DNA of 64,000 nucleotides. It comes from Selaginella moellendorffii. Its lineage: Eukaryota; Plantae; Lycopodiophyta. The stretch lies in NCBI RefSeq assembly GCF_000143415.4, contig NW_003314337.1, positions 202,559 to 266,558 on the forward strand, read 5' to 3'. The translations under genes and the position numbers were made by a program. The notes under the pieces were generated by a model, which saw only the letters and a list, made by a program, of their open reading frames with translations, was not told the origin of the DNA and ran no database searches. Positions 1 through 12,237 of the stretch are shown here, piece after piece. Numbering within the stretch: position 1 is the first letter of the stretch; each line of letters begins with the position of its first letter.

Positions 1-596
1 AGCTGGTATCGTTCGCAGCATTGGGATAAGGTGTGTGATCCTTGCGCCATGAGTAACTCACGCTGGATCATTTTCCAGCAACTATGACATATTTTTGACG
101 GCGGACTGTCTGGCCTACTCCAAGATCAAGCCGGCAGTGAACCAGATTGAGACCCATCCTTACTTCCAGAGGCACGATCTTGTCAAATTTTGCCAGAAGC
201 ACGGCATTGTTGTCACTGCCCACACTCCTCTTGGTGGCGGCGCTGCAAACGAGGAGTGGTTTGGATACAAAAGTCCTCTGGAAGATCCGCTCTTCCTGGT
301 ATGTGAAAGAAAAACAAACCTTTGTTCCATTCTTTCTTCCAAGTTACAAACTTTGTGTGTTTCAGGAACTGGCAAAGAAGTATGAAAAGACTCCGGCCCA
401 AGTTATGCTGCGATGGGGTCTTCAAAGGAACACAAACGTGATACCGAAGTCGAGCAAGGCCAAGCGTTTGGAAGAGAACATCGACATCTTTGATTTCCAG
501 CTCTCTCACGAAGAAATAAAGAAGATCAGTCAGGTGGACAAGAAGCTCCGAAGCAACCAGCCTGCAAGGTTCTGGGGGATCGATCTCTATGCTTGA
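1..596 (+). CDS. Aldo-keto reductase, sorbitol-6-phosphate dehydrogenase / mannose-6-phosphate reductase-like (3' exons only)
   Basis: Exons ..30, 79-298 and 366-596 joined by GT-AG introns (31-78, 299-365). They read GIVRSIGISNYDIFLTADCLAYSKIKPAVNQIETHPYFQ...LRWGLQRNTNVIPKS...FWGIDLYA*, which are AKR signatures. Confidence 0.93.
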
Positions 597-2480
597 TCTC
601 CTTCCTCGGCTTGTTCCAAAATTTTTAGTATACGCCGGACTTGTTTGAGCACATTACTGATGCCTTCTCGTTTCCTGAAAAAAGAAAAATAAAAACTTTG
701 AGTACGTCTTTGAGCAGTTCATTCTTGCTTACAGTGCACTGATGCCAACAACAGCCGCTGCTCGAGGATAACTTCTGGCAGTTCGATCATCATCTTGCAT
801 GCTTGGGACATCTGGTACTTCCAGAATTCGTTGCTTGATCGCTTCTACACGTCCCTTTTCCTGCAGAGCCAGCATGTGTTTTTACGGCTGGGACAAGAGA
901 ATAGAAAAGAGTTACTTGTATCAAGTCCAGCTTGTTGAGCACAACAATGTGAGGTCTGTCCAAGTACTCCGGATTATACATGCGAAGCTCCTGCAATGAA
1001 AAAGTATTGCTCGTCAAGTTGCTAGCAAGCACCACTCGTGTACCTCACAGAGGACTTTGTAGTCCTCCACGGGATTGTCAGCTGAAGCGTCCACCACATG
1101 AAGAATCAACCTTGTCCTTCGTAAGTGGCGTAAAAACATGCGTCCAAGTCCCTGTTTGCACATCACTCGGTGAAACAACCCAAGGAAAGAGATGTTTTGA
1201 GCTTCGCACTTTACCAAGGTGTGCATCTTTAATCAGCCCCGGAAGGTCCGCCATCGTTGCTCCACCGCACAAACCTCCATCAGGTGTCTCGGGATCGCCT
1301 TGAAGTCTTCCAAGGTTTGGCATCAAAGTTGTAAATGGATATGCTGCAATGTCTGGCCTAGCTTGCGACACTGCAGCTAGTAGTGAAGACTTCCCTGCGT
1401 TTGGCAGTCCCTTGGAAAGGAAATTCCGACTTAAGAACAGTGCTCGTAAACCATGAAATTTATTACCACTAGTCCAATATCAGCAACGACTCGTAGTGTC
1501 AGCTCCAGAACAAGCTCTTCACCTGGGACACCTTTTATCAGCGTCTGCACGATAGTTAGCTCAAGCTGGAGATTGCATAGAATGACAGACCTTGTCCCTT
1601 GGATCAGTCACGATTGGTGCTATTAACTTTTGTGGTACTTTCCTGCTGACCGGGTTGTTCAACATGCTCATCTAAAGGTGCACATAAACATAAGAAAGAT
1701 GAGAAAATGGAAAAACTCACTCCTCCACGGCCTCCACGAGCTACAAGAATTTTGTCTCCTGGTTTGGTTAAGTCGGCCAAGAGCTTGGAGCCTGTTTTCT
1801 GCTTCACAACAGTCCCTGAAAAATAAAAAAAGAAAAAAAATGAACACTAGAAAACCATAGATAGCTTTCCTTACCAACAGGCACGTAGAGCTTAAGAGTT
1901 GGAGCAGCACCAGCATCGCGGAGTCTGGGAGTCAAGATTTTCACTGCACCCACATCGGAGCCCCGCCTCGCATTGTATCTCTTCTTCTTATGAAACTCGA
2001 GGAGCGAGTCCGCATTCTCGTCGGCAGCAATCACGACGTCACCACCATGACCACCCATTGGGAGTAAAATCGATCCGTCTGGAGCCTTCCGAAGAGGTCC
2101 CCAGTTGAGCTTCTTTCTCTTCTTCGCCTCCTCCTTATCCGCGGGAGGCTTTGGCATGCTGAGGATGGCTCCATCACCTCCATCACCGGAACGCACGATG
2201 ATAGTTACTTGGTCGAAATACTTGTGTGGTTCTTTCTCCAGGTTTGCAGGGACCACTTCCTTTGTAGCCGCAACCGAGTAGACAACAAATGACCCTTTGG
2301 AACGCAGACGAAGCCCGACCCCTTGTCTCGTCCAGGCTCCTCCGAATTCAATCAACACTCGTCTACCTGAGAAAGTCTTCAATTAGCAAAGCTTGGCATT
2401 TGAAAACCCAAAGTACCTGGAAGCGATCGCGAGGACCCAACCGTAAACGATGATGAAGAAGGCAGGCCTAAGCTCGCCAT
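587..2480 (-). CDS. Obg/CgtA family GTPase, OBGC2-like, probably organellar; multi-exon
   Basis: N-terminal [22 protein letters not shown] and Gly-rich Obg fold. G motifs [22 protein letters not shown] and GISA. ATG at 2480; last exon ends ...EEGDQA-TAG at 587-589. Confidence 0.9.
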
Positions 2481-2585
2481 AGCCGCTTTCCTAGCGAGAT
2501 AGGTACAAAGCAGTTAAACAAAAGATTACATTAGTATACACTCATCTCGTCATGCACAAAAGCAGGGGCGAGGTTAGTCTAGATT

Positions 2586-4169
2586 TCAGAAGGTGTCTAC
2601 GGTGAGCCTCCTCCGCTGGACATTCTTTCCCACGTTTTGCTTTTGCAAGTCCATGAATTCAGATCCCTTGTTTGCAAACAGCCTGCGGAGGTTGATAATT
2701 GACAGTTCGTTGAAGCTGCTCACTGCAAGATCTGCTTGAGTCAGCTCGTAGCTGATTTACACGAGTCGACCAGTGAGATAGATGTATGCGAGGAAATAAG
2801 AACTTTCAACTTACGCGGGGTGCGGACCAATCAGTGCGACAGCTTTCATGGTACAGTTATGAGCAGCGGTGATTCCCCTTGGATCGTCTTCAAAAACAAC
2901 ACATTTTGCTGGGGGCCTGTCCAGCTGCAAAGAAATAACTTCATAATATGGAAACTGAAGCGGTTTTAAGTACCTTCACAGCAGCCGACAGAAACTTGTG
3001 CGCGATGGAGTCCATTCCATCCTCTTCTGTGACAACTGCCTGGACTCAACAACGATTGTATTAAAACCATGCACGTCTTGTCTCCTCACTCACCTGGAAG
3101 TACTTGTCGAGACCCATTCTGACGAGTGCATCCAACAAGCTAATCCGATCCAATGTGGACGCAACAGCACAAGGAACTCCCGCTGAATAAAGAGCTGCCA
3201 GCCATTCTCGTAGGCCAGCCATTGCCTCAACCTGCAAACAAGCACGGTGGTCTCATTCCGTTTCATGACAAACTGCGAACCTTGGATAGCTCTTCACAGT
3301 ATATTTCTGATAGCCGATTCATCAATCGCCATATATCATCGCCATGCTCCGCCCAAGCTAGCTGAGAAAACAAAGTTACATCTCACCTCTTCAGACATTT
3401 TTCCTTTTACCCACCCTTTCAAGGACACGCTTGGCGCTATTACAAACAATCGATCGCCGCTTCTCTGGATCATCTCCAATAATTTTTCCTGCAAAAAAGC
3501 CGTTGTGGTGAAAACAAAAAATCGATATGAAAAAAGAGACCTTCCTCCTGCGCAAGTCTTTCCCAAGCTCTTAGTCTAACACTTCTCGTATCTGCCTGTA
3601 AATACAGAAAAATAACGTGAAAAAAAATTGGAAACAAAATTATACATACCAAAACATTGTCCCAGGAATATATAAGTCCGAATGCCTGGTCTGGTTTTAA
3701 TGCATATTTTATCCTTTGGAGACCTCTCTCTTGCATCCTATCATTCAAATAATCCTGCACAAAGTTCACGAAAGAGCTGCTGAAGAAACATCACAAAGAA
3801 AAAACTCAAGAGGGAGCTCCTAACCACATCCACATGAAGAGGTGCCCGCGGCCTATAGCCGGAAAAGCCCTCGCCATACTCGGCACCGATTTCCTACACA
3901 CACAACAAAACTGGAGCAAAATATCCAAAAATGCGGGCTCTCTACCTCATCTAGACACAAGGATCGAGCAAAATTTACTTGATGCCGGGGTCTCCTCCCC
4001 AGGGACATCTGCCACTGCGATCGTATTCTCTGTATGTTGCCACAATTCTCAATCTATTGGCATTCACTCGATGATCGATTCAATCGCTTACCGGATTGGC
4101 GCTGGAGCAAGCGCCTCCACATCTGCCGCGAGAGGAAGATGAAGCTGGAAGACACGATAGCGCTTCCAT
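2586..4169 (-). CDS. HAD-superfamily hydrolase/phosphatase, chloroplast type (At3g10970-like); multi-exon
   Basis: YALKPDQAFGLIYSWDNVL-ADTRSVRLRAWERLAQEEG and C-terminus NELSIINLRRLFANKGSEFMDLQKQ...LTVDTF*. The Ser-rich N-terminus from ATG 4169 looks like a transit peptide. Confidence 0.85.
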
Positions 4170-4300
4170 GGCTCCAACAAGCCCTAAGCTCTGAGCTCAC
4201 ATCCAAATAGAGCGAGAAATATCATATAACCTTGTTTATAAATCAACGATTGGTGACTTTCAAACAACAAAGAGTGTTTGTTGTTTGTTCGTCAAATCCT

Positions 4301-7300
4301 TTATGGTTTGCCAAGCGCTGCGGATGCTCCCACGACGATCGCCACTACGACTCCAAATCCAGCGCCGAGCGCAGCTCCCAGCGCTGCGGCGGTGCCATTC
4401 CCAGATTTTCCATGAACAAAGCCAATCCTTTGCTGAGGAACTTCTCTTCTTGCTTGCTCTTCCAGCGTCGCTCTTTGAAGCTCCTGAGAGGTAAACACAG
4501 CCGCGGCGAAGTTAGAAAACCAAAAACGATGAGGCTACAAACCTCGAAAGCGGCTTCTTCTCTCGTCAGCAAGACGCGATGCACGAGAGCTCGTAAGTTC
4601 TTCACGCCTTCAACTGGAAGGACCTCCTCCTTCCTTCGAAATGGCATCTGGACGAGGTTTATGGGAGCGGAGATTATTCTCTGCGCCGTTCCTGGGACTT
4701 TGTCACCACCAGAGTTGCTTTGCAATAGGCTCTCGGACGTTCCACCACGGCCGTGAACAGTGTAGGGGCACGAGTTGACAACCACTGTCAAGTCGGGAGT
4801 GGACTTGTACGCATCCATGGCTGCAACGCTTGCAAGCTGACGCCGGTCGGCACTCACAGCGAACTTGTTCGTGAGAGCTAAAACGAAAGGGACATCAGCA
4901 GTAGTGATCTCGTCCAGGAGGGTGCCGAGAGCTGGTCGAGAGTGATCGGCAGCCTGTTGTCGCAGCCTGGGAATCTTGTGAGCCAGATTGTGCACAAGAA
5001 CTACCAAGTCAAGGCTTTTATACGGATCCGCTCTCGACAACTCATTCTTCAGCTGTTCTGATTCGTATGACAGGTCCTGCATGGAACCAATCGGTAAACT
5101 AATCAAAGCCAAGCAAGGAAGAAACTTTTACCTGCAAGTTAACGCCTGCCGCATCTACATATCCTACGCCGCATGAAACGCCTTCACGCCACTCCATGTC
5201 TGGAAAAAAGCCGTCGGTATCAGTGTTCATGCTAACACCACCACCCTGGCCCATCAGCGCATAATATAGAGATGTCTTTCCAGCACCCTGTCGTGCCACT
5301 TGATTAATAACATAAGTGAACAGAATCGAAAACTACGTGATTTACCTCCAATCCCAAAAGTCGTACCCGTCTTAGTTTCATAGACACGCTCTTCGAAGAC
5401 GTCACAAAGTCAGTGCTACATTGTATAGTAACTTGACTTAGACCTTCCACAGGAATATTGACGGTCTTCACACCCTCACTGTCCACGGCAACCTCTTCTA
5501 CATCAGGTTTTGCGGAAAGTGGTGCACCAATGCGTATTCTCATTGTCTGCAATCCTGTTTCCTCGACCACGGGAAATGGTGTTGGTGGAACGGGTGAGTT
5601 TTCAATTTTTGTAGCACACCTGCACAGAAAACCATTACCCGAAGAGAACTGAAGACGAAGATAATTACCAGCGGCCATTCACTTGTGCACGCACAAGAGT
5701 GCAAAGATGTAAACCATATCCTTGCACATCCACTTTTAGAGGTTCACATCCTTTCTCCCCCGGAGATCCCCGCCAACCGAGAGGAACAAGAGAAGTAGCT
5801 GTCCGGATGATTAAAGGTCCTGCGATTTTTCTTAGCTCTGTCATGCCAGCTCCATCAACACCTAGCCATTGCCGCAAGTGAGGCAAGTGAGGAAGGTGCT
5901 CCATCATAAAGACTGGAGATGGTGCTTCTGGACCCAGACAATGTTCGAAAATTCTGTAACAGCATTGCATGTAAGCTCGTACGATCATGCATCGGAATGG
6001 CGTACTTTTGGAACCGGGTGCGGTATGACTTCATGGTATGTGACTGAAAACGATCTCGCAATTCCAATAGCACCGATTGCACCTAAATGTCGATACTGTT
6101 TAAAGGCATTGTCAAGAGGGAAAAGCGAGTAACATACCGAAGTCAGACGTGTGTATTCAGAAGCAGATAAGGGTTCCACAGATAGCTTCTGCAACAAATA
6201 AAGCTGCAAAAACTCCAAAAGTTCAGCCAAAAGAGAAGTAGAAAGGAACAACAAAAAACTACCTGCCCAAACGGTATGTATGATGGCAGAGGAAGTACTC
6301 GTTTCCGCCAATCGGGCTGCTTGCTGGCAGCAGATTTTCCTTCAGTAGAAGGAGAATCGTCTGGACGAAGAGGAACAAGAGAGACGCCTTCTGTCCCTTC
6401 TCGAATTTCAAGCGGCTCTACAAGTCGTGAATCATCTCCTGCTTTCGTCTCCATAGACGGTGGTGCAGCAGCAAGGGCTACGCTTTTTTTCTTGCCCTTC
6501 AGCCACTGCAACGTATTTTGAGCGCTAACCAGGGGAACCAGCCTTGACAACCGCCAAAGTGACGTTTGAACTGGTCCTAAGCCCAGTGCCATACGTTCGT
6601 TGCCAGCGGACTTTTTCAAATCCGGTTCAGCTCTTACCGGAACTTGTTCTTGACCAGCTTCATGGTAATGCTGGAAATACGCTGGTGACAGTATACGAGG
6701 GACAACATCTTCAGGAATGCAATAAGTGTGAAAATGTTGTTGCCATCCACTTCGATGAACATAGCTGAAACGAAACACAAGAAAGATCAGACACCAAATT
6801 GAAGCTACAGCTAGAGACTCACTCTCGAAGTGCACGATTCCCAACTGGAGGTTGGGAAAAAGTTATGCATTTAACATTAAGCTTTCCACCATTTCGCGAT
6901 GAAAATACTCTCAAAATCGCAAGCGTGGTTAAGACAGCGACCTAAATGAAACGTAACACATTAGTTGTAACAAAAAGAAAGACAGAGAACTTACAGCTCC
7001 TCCTAATGAATGGCCACACAAAACAAGTTTTTTATCTTTCTCCTGGGCAAGTCGGTAGATTTCGACAGCCGGGATCCCTTTCGCACGGCCTAAAAATCCC
7101 TGCAAGGTCGAATGTTCCCCTATGCTACGGAAAACGCGAAACTTGCTAACCTTGTGCGCAGCTGGCTTTGGGCTGAACTTTTGTTGCTTCACCAACGGTG
7201 ATGCGTCCGCCCCAAGTCCTTTAACAACAGGCTCCGCTTCATTCGCTTCCTCATCGCCAGTCAAACTCGCCAGATCTTCTTCATGAAAGATTGCTCCCTG

Positions 7301-7991
7301 CAACACATTTGCATCGGCAATGACATCCCTGTATACATAAGTTCCTTATCAACAGATTATTTGTTGTATGAGAAACATCAAAGCTAGTGTATAGTACTTG
7401 AAGCATGCTCACTTGTAATGGTTGGTTCCCACGAAAGAAGCGTAGAGCGTGTCCTTTCCTTCCGCCAATAAATACCTGTAAGATAATGGCGAGAGAAGTT
7501 GTAGCCAGCAGTACGAAAAGAAAAGAAATAAAGAATAAGCTTGTTCTTGCTTACCGGTGAGGGACGTGATCCAAAGAAGCTTGGACTCCATCCAGCGACA
7601 CCAATTGCCCACCAAAATCAGCCTTGAACTTGTTCACTGCTCGTACCACGTCGTGATCAGGTTTCTAGATCACGAGGACACGAAAGAAAAATCTATCTCA
7701 GAAAAGGAGAGCAAAAAAAAGCACCTTGTAGACGCATTCCGAGAGCACCATGGCTCCCAGCAGCTCCTGCAACTCGGCTAGGGTATCCGCCTTGACAGTC
7801 TTGCACAGCGTCTCCACTTGGGCACGCCGCCGCTCACACTCCTCCTTGAGCCGCTTCCTCTCGCGCTCCCCATCTTGCCACGGCCATTTCCAGGTGAACT
7901 GGAGCGGCCATGGCGGCCACTGCTGCCATTGGGATTGCAGGCGCTGCCATGAATCCAGCTGCCGGTGGATCGCCCCCATCCAGCCCGCCAT
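4301..7991 (-). CDS. Class-3 lipase family protein with C-terminal P-loop domain and hydrophobic tail (At3g07400-like); multi-exon
   Basis: MVLSECVYK, YLLAEGKDTLYASFVGT, lipase motif CGHSLGGAV, YCIPEDVVPRILSP, GLE-GAGKTSL, DAAG, LTNKF, and C-terminus ALGAALGAGFGVVVAIVVGASAALGKP*. Confidence 0.9.
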
Positions 7992-8143
7992 CTGCGCCAC
8001 AACACAGCGATGCCAAGCGATCGCTGCTTCATTCCAACATAGCTAAGCCCTAGAAGAAAACGAACCAGAAAATGATTCCGCGAATCGAAAAAACATGCTC
8101 AAGCATATGCCACTGGCTAGGAATATACCACTTTCTTTCGAAT

Positions 8144-9098
8144 TTAAACGGAGAGCTTTTGCAGCCTTTCTTGCTCCTTTCGGAGAACGTTTTCGGCGTC
8201 TCGGACAACCTTCTGCCGCCTCGACGATGCCTCCTCGACTTTAGCTTTGATCTCACACCCAAAAATGAAGAGAGCCTTTGCAGCCTTGGACCTTCGCGCA
8301 CAAAGCAAGCGTTAAGTTACACAGGAAAAACAAAGCCCAGACCTCGCGTCTTTGGTATCGTCTGTGGCATGAATTGCATTTCCAATCACGCGAGAGCTAG
8401 CATCTCTAAAAACTTGCTCCACTTTGTCCCACTCCGATCCATAAGCCTGCAGTCATGAAATGTTTGATTCGTGAGAAGGCAGACTAGCTTCGTTTGTACC
8501 CGTGCTGTTGCTAGAACAGCGTAGTAAATGTCGTGAGCAACCGAAGTCCTGTCACTGTGCTCTTTGCTTGCCCGGCTCCGGTTGACGAAACTCTGGATGG
8601 AGATGGAGTTCTCCTTGTCAAAGTTTCCATACTTCCGAGCCTCCTCACGCAGCGTGTTCTCGAAGACCATCACCGCATCGAGAGGGACGCTGCTACTGTC
8701 CGCTTCGGTCTAGTGCTGCTTGCGTCAAACAGTTTCTAGCTACAACTTAAAACTAACCAGCCGCTTTCCAGCTTCCACTGCCGCAGCAACGAGCTCGCTC
8801 TTGTATCCAGCCATGTAGAGGAAGTAGATCCTTCGCAGCGCTGGAGAAGCAAAACAAAGATCTGATATATAGAACTTCTCAAGAGATCGTTAGTAGTACC
8901 TTGAAAGACGAGATCCACAACACTAACGCCTGTTTGGCGGATGTCCGCCAACACATCGTCTTCGTGCTTGTTGGCGTAGTCCTTGCGAGCTTTAGAAATG
9001 CCTTTGGAGAGCGCTGACACGCTGCTCTTGGTGGCGCTCAAGAGCTTTACCACGCCCTTGCGAGCCATCGCTCCTCCCGTGGAGCCGCCGCTCGCCAT
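8144..9098 (-). CDS. Hypothetical protein with a coiled-coil-like C-terminus; multi-exon
   Basis: ATG 9098 (MASGGSTGGAMARKGVVKLL...), GC-rich coding-like segments separated by short introns. The last exon reads KAKVEEASSRRQKVVRDAENVLRKEQERLQKLSV*. No family recognised and internal exon borders are uncertain. Confidence 0.55.
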
Positions 9099-9182
9099 AG
9101 TCACGGAATGAGCCGGAATGGGAAAGAGCCCTAGAAACGAAGTTCTAAATTGAAACGACTTTGAGAGGGAGCGCAACTTCTG

Positions 9183-10960
9183 TTACTGCTCTTTATTCTT
9201 CCTGTCTACCGCAAAAAAATTATATACAACCAAGCCCAGCACGAGAGTTGTAGCTCCTCTATACAGGCCTGGAGTGATTGAAGCCGGGTGACCCAGCAAC
9301 GGAAGTGGTAGCGTGAACATCCAAATCGACGCTGGCACTGCAGAGTTTTCACGATTTTCAGTCTAAGAAGCGAAGCGAGCAGAATGTAGCTCTAGAAGAA
9401 CTAGTTTTACCTGCGAGAGTTGTGCACAAAGATGAAACCACGGCCGACGACAGTTTCAGAAGATTGAGAGCCGAAATGTTGAAAGCCAGGTTGACAGCGA
9501 CATAGAGCAAAGGTATCAAAGGTGCGCCATGGCAACCTGTAAGGCACAGTATAAGCAACGACAAAACAGATCAACAAAATGCTACCACTGCCGCCAATGT
9601 TGAAGAAACAAGCCGATCCATCAAGCAAGTATTGTGGAAGTTGGCTGAAAGGAATTCCCCGCATGTTCGAAAGCACCGGGAGCAGCAGAAACACGAACAG
9701 TGCCTGTAAACAAAAGAGCTCAATGAGGACATCCCTCAATGAAAACGTAAAGCGCACCTGGAAGCTTGAGCCCAAAGTGTTCACAACAAACAAATCCACG
9801 GATCTTCCTTCTGAATGGTGCGCAGCGTTCCGAAACAAAAATTCCTATGCACAAACGGTTTAATCTCGTTAAACAAAACTAGAGTTGGCTAAGAATTTCC
9901 TCACCTTGATGATAGAACCACCGGCAGAAAATCCAGATGATACGACCATCACGAGAGGCCAAAAGTATCCGGCACTTTGCACTGCCGATTCGCTTCCTGC
10001 TCCACTGCAAAAGAAAACGAAAGATCGCCAGCTATTTAGGATCGCTGTTGAGTGCGAGTATGTGATACTCTACCTTGAAACGACAAGAATAACACCAGCA
10101 AGCACGAGAAGACAGCCAAAAATTTGACCGAATGTGTACTTCTTCTTTAAAAACGCGGAAGACAGTAGAAGTTGCCAAACTAAATAAGCCTGCATCAAGA
10201 GCAATCCAATCTTTGCATAAGCAATAAACACGTAATGGAACGAATACCTGCGCCAAGACAGGGATAATCGCTCCAGAAAGCACGGCTGCATACACACATA
10301 CGTCAAAAACCTGTGAACAATTTCCTGTGACAACACTCACCTGCGGCCGCCATCCCTGTAGCAAGGCCAAGTGCTTCCAGCGCTCCCAAAACTATAAACC
10401 AAGACTTTGGGAGAGCCAGCATTTTGGCTGTCACAGCTCCCGAGCGATATCGGGCGAGTAGTATCGACGAATAAACTAGCACGTACCTGAGACATCCGTA
10501 ACAAAGTGAGAACAAAGTTTGCAAAAGAGAGTGATCTAGATAGGCGGCGTACGCACCCAAACGTGTTCACTTGTGCCAAGAAGAATGGGTACTCCCTAAG
10601 CGGAATTAGAGCCATCTTGTAGAGGACCTTGTTACTCACGGCCAGAACCACGGTGAGAATGCCGGCAGTGATGATCTTAAAGCTTCTCCTGGAAATGGAT
10701 CGCCCGGCCATGAGAATCTCCTCCTCGTCTATCAAATGAGAATCGGCATAGCTAGCATTGACCTCTGCAATCTGGCTGTCTTTCCTCCTATTCCTGTGCC
10801 TGGATTCATGAGAGAATTGAGAGGAAGAGACGACCAGCGCCGCTGATCTCTGGCGCCTTCGCACCGACAAGCTGCAAGAGATGATCGAATGGACATTTCT
10901 CGGCGGTGGGAAGCACCTCCTGCACGGCGGCGCCTCCGCGATCGCTAGCTCACGCGCCAT
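9183..10960 (-). CDS. CLT: CRT-like transporter (chloroquine-resistance-transporter-like, plastid thiol transporter family); multi-exon
   Basis: VLAVSNKVLYKMALIPLREYPFFLAQVNTFG, LGALEALGLATGMAAA, LVWQLLLS, DLFVVNTLGSSFQ, GCHGAPLIPLLYVAVNLAFNI, FTLPLPLLG; transit-peptide-like N-terminus. Confidence 0.9.
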
Positions 10961-11117
10961 ACTGAAGTAATCAAGCACAGGCATTTCGATTTTGGCAAGA
11001 TTTTCCCAGAAATTCACACTCCATACCTCCGATCAGCGGCGGCCAGCTTCGCAGCGCTCATCATCGTGCTCGATCCAAGAAAGAAAGTTTCGAAATTTCA
11101 CATCAACCGCGCCCCCC

Positions 11118-11270
11118 AAACCCTAGCAAATCAGAGGAACAAACCAATGTGGCCACTTGTATATGCGCCTCCACAAAACTATATATGCCATACTTCCGCG
11201 CTACAATAATTTGTCTAGTGTACACGTGTCTGTTAGTCGCCAATCGGAGTCGTCCACGTGGCGGCCAATA
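11118..11270. promoter_or_regulatory. Putative CLT proximal promoter: telo-box, two G-boxes and CCAAT motifs
   Basis: AAACCCTA at 11118-11125, ACACGTGT at 11222-11229 and CCACGTGGC at 11254-11262, all 160-300 bp upstream of ATG 10960. Motif matches only. Confidence 0.4.
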
Positions 11271-11479
11271 ACGTCCACGGAAGTATATGTTTTCTCTCTT
11301 TTGGCCGCGTCTATGGAGAATCTTCGTTGTGACATAGCTCGAAAGAACCCGGGACCAACCTGCAGCATTGCGCCGAAAGGAGATCTAAACGAAGCACAAC
11401 ACGATCAGCGTGTTTTTTTACAACTCTGCAATAGCGACAAAATGGATGATCTTATGAGAAAACTTACATGCGATGGAGT

Positions 11480-12237
11480 TTAGTCCGATCTCTCCGATCC
11501 AGATCCCGACTCCGACTCCGACTCCTCCTCCTCCGGCTCCGAGAAAGTGTCCTTCGTTGACTCTGGTTGTTCTTGGGAGGGTCCTGCTTCCTGTGGGAAC
11601 TCGTCGTCCGAGGAGCTCTCGTCCTCTGATTGGAGTTTTTGATCCAGCTCGTGAGAGGAGCTTTCTTCCGCGGATTCCTCCTCCTGGAGCTCGAATGCAT
11701 CCACTTCCGCGAAGTACTTTTGCTGCTCCTGGACGAAGTTCTTTGGAACCTTGGCTGCCTTCTGTGTCCTTGCTCTACCTCGACGACTTTTCTTAGATCT
11801 CTGTAAAATAATAGAGACGGAATCAGTAACCAAGAGAAGAAAGCGTGGAGAGTGACACCTACGTGACGAGTTTTCAACTCGGTGGAATCATGGTCTTGAT
11901 CTTGAAAATCGTCCTCCAAACTGGTGCTCGAATGCCGTCGCTTCTTGGACCTGGAAGCAAAAAAAATCCATGTAAAAAGACGGAGGAAACCTCACGTAAA
12001 CCTCTTCGACGGACATGTCGAAGGCATCCATTCTTCGCTCTTGTTGTCATCGCGAAGGATTCTGCGGCGCCTAGCATAGCATTTACTATCGCTTGCCACC
12101 GATCGCGCTTTCACTGACAAAACCGCTACAGGTGTGACTGCTTCGTGCTTGTTCTCGCTCAGCGGCCTCTTGATCGTTGCGCCTGCAGCCAAGAGCTCCG
12201 ATCTACTCATTGGATTTGATCGATCTACATTGGCCAT
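11480..12237 (-). CDS. Sororin-like cohesion protector with an acidic C-terminal extension (3 exons)
   Basis: Exons about 12237-11996, 11950-11863 and 11801-11480 with consistent phases. Contains VPKNFVQEQQKYFAEVDAFELQEEE (resembles the plant Sororin C-terminal motif) and KCYARRR (YSR-like motif). Confidence 0.6.

Noticed and set aside
4232-4756. Plus-strand ORFs antisense to genes (e.g. 174 aa here, and 8072-8458)
   Set aside because: They are shadows of GC-rich coding exons on the minus strand.
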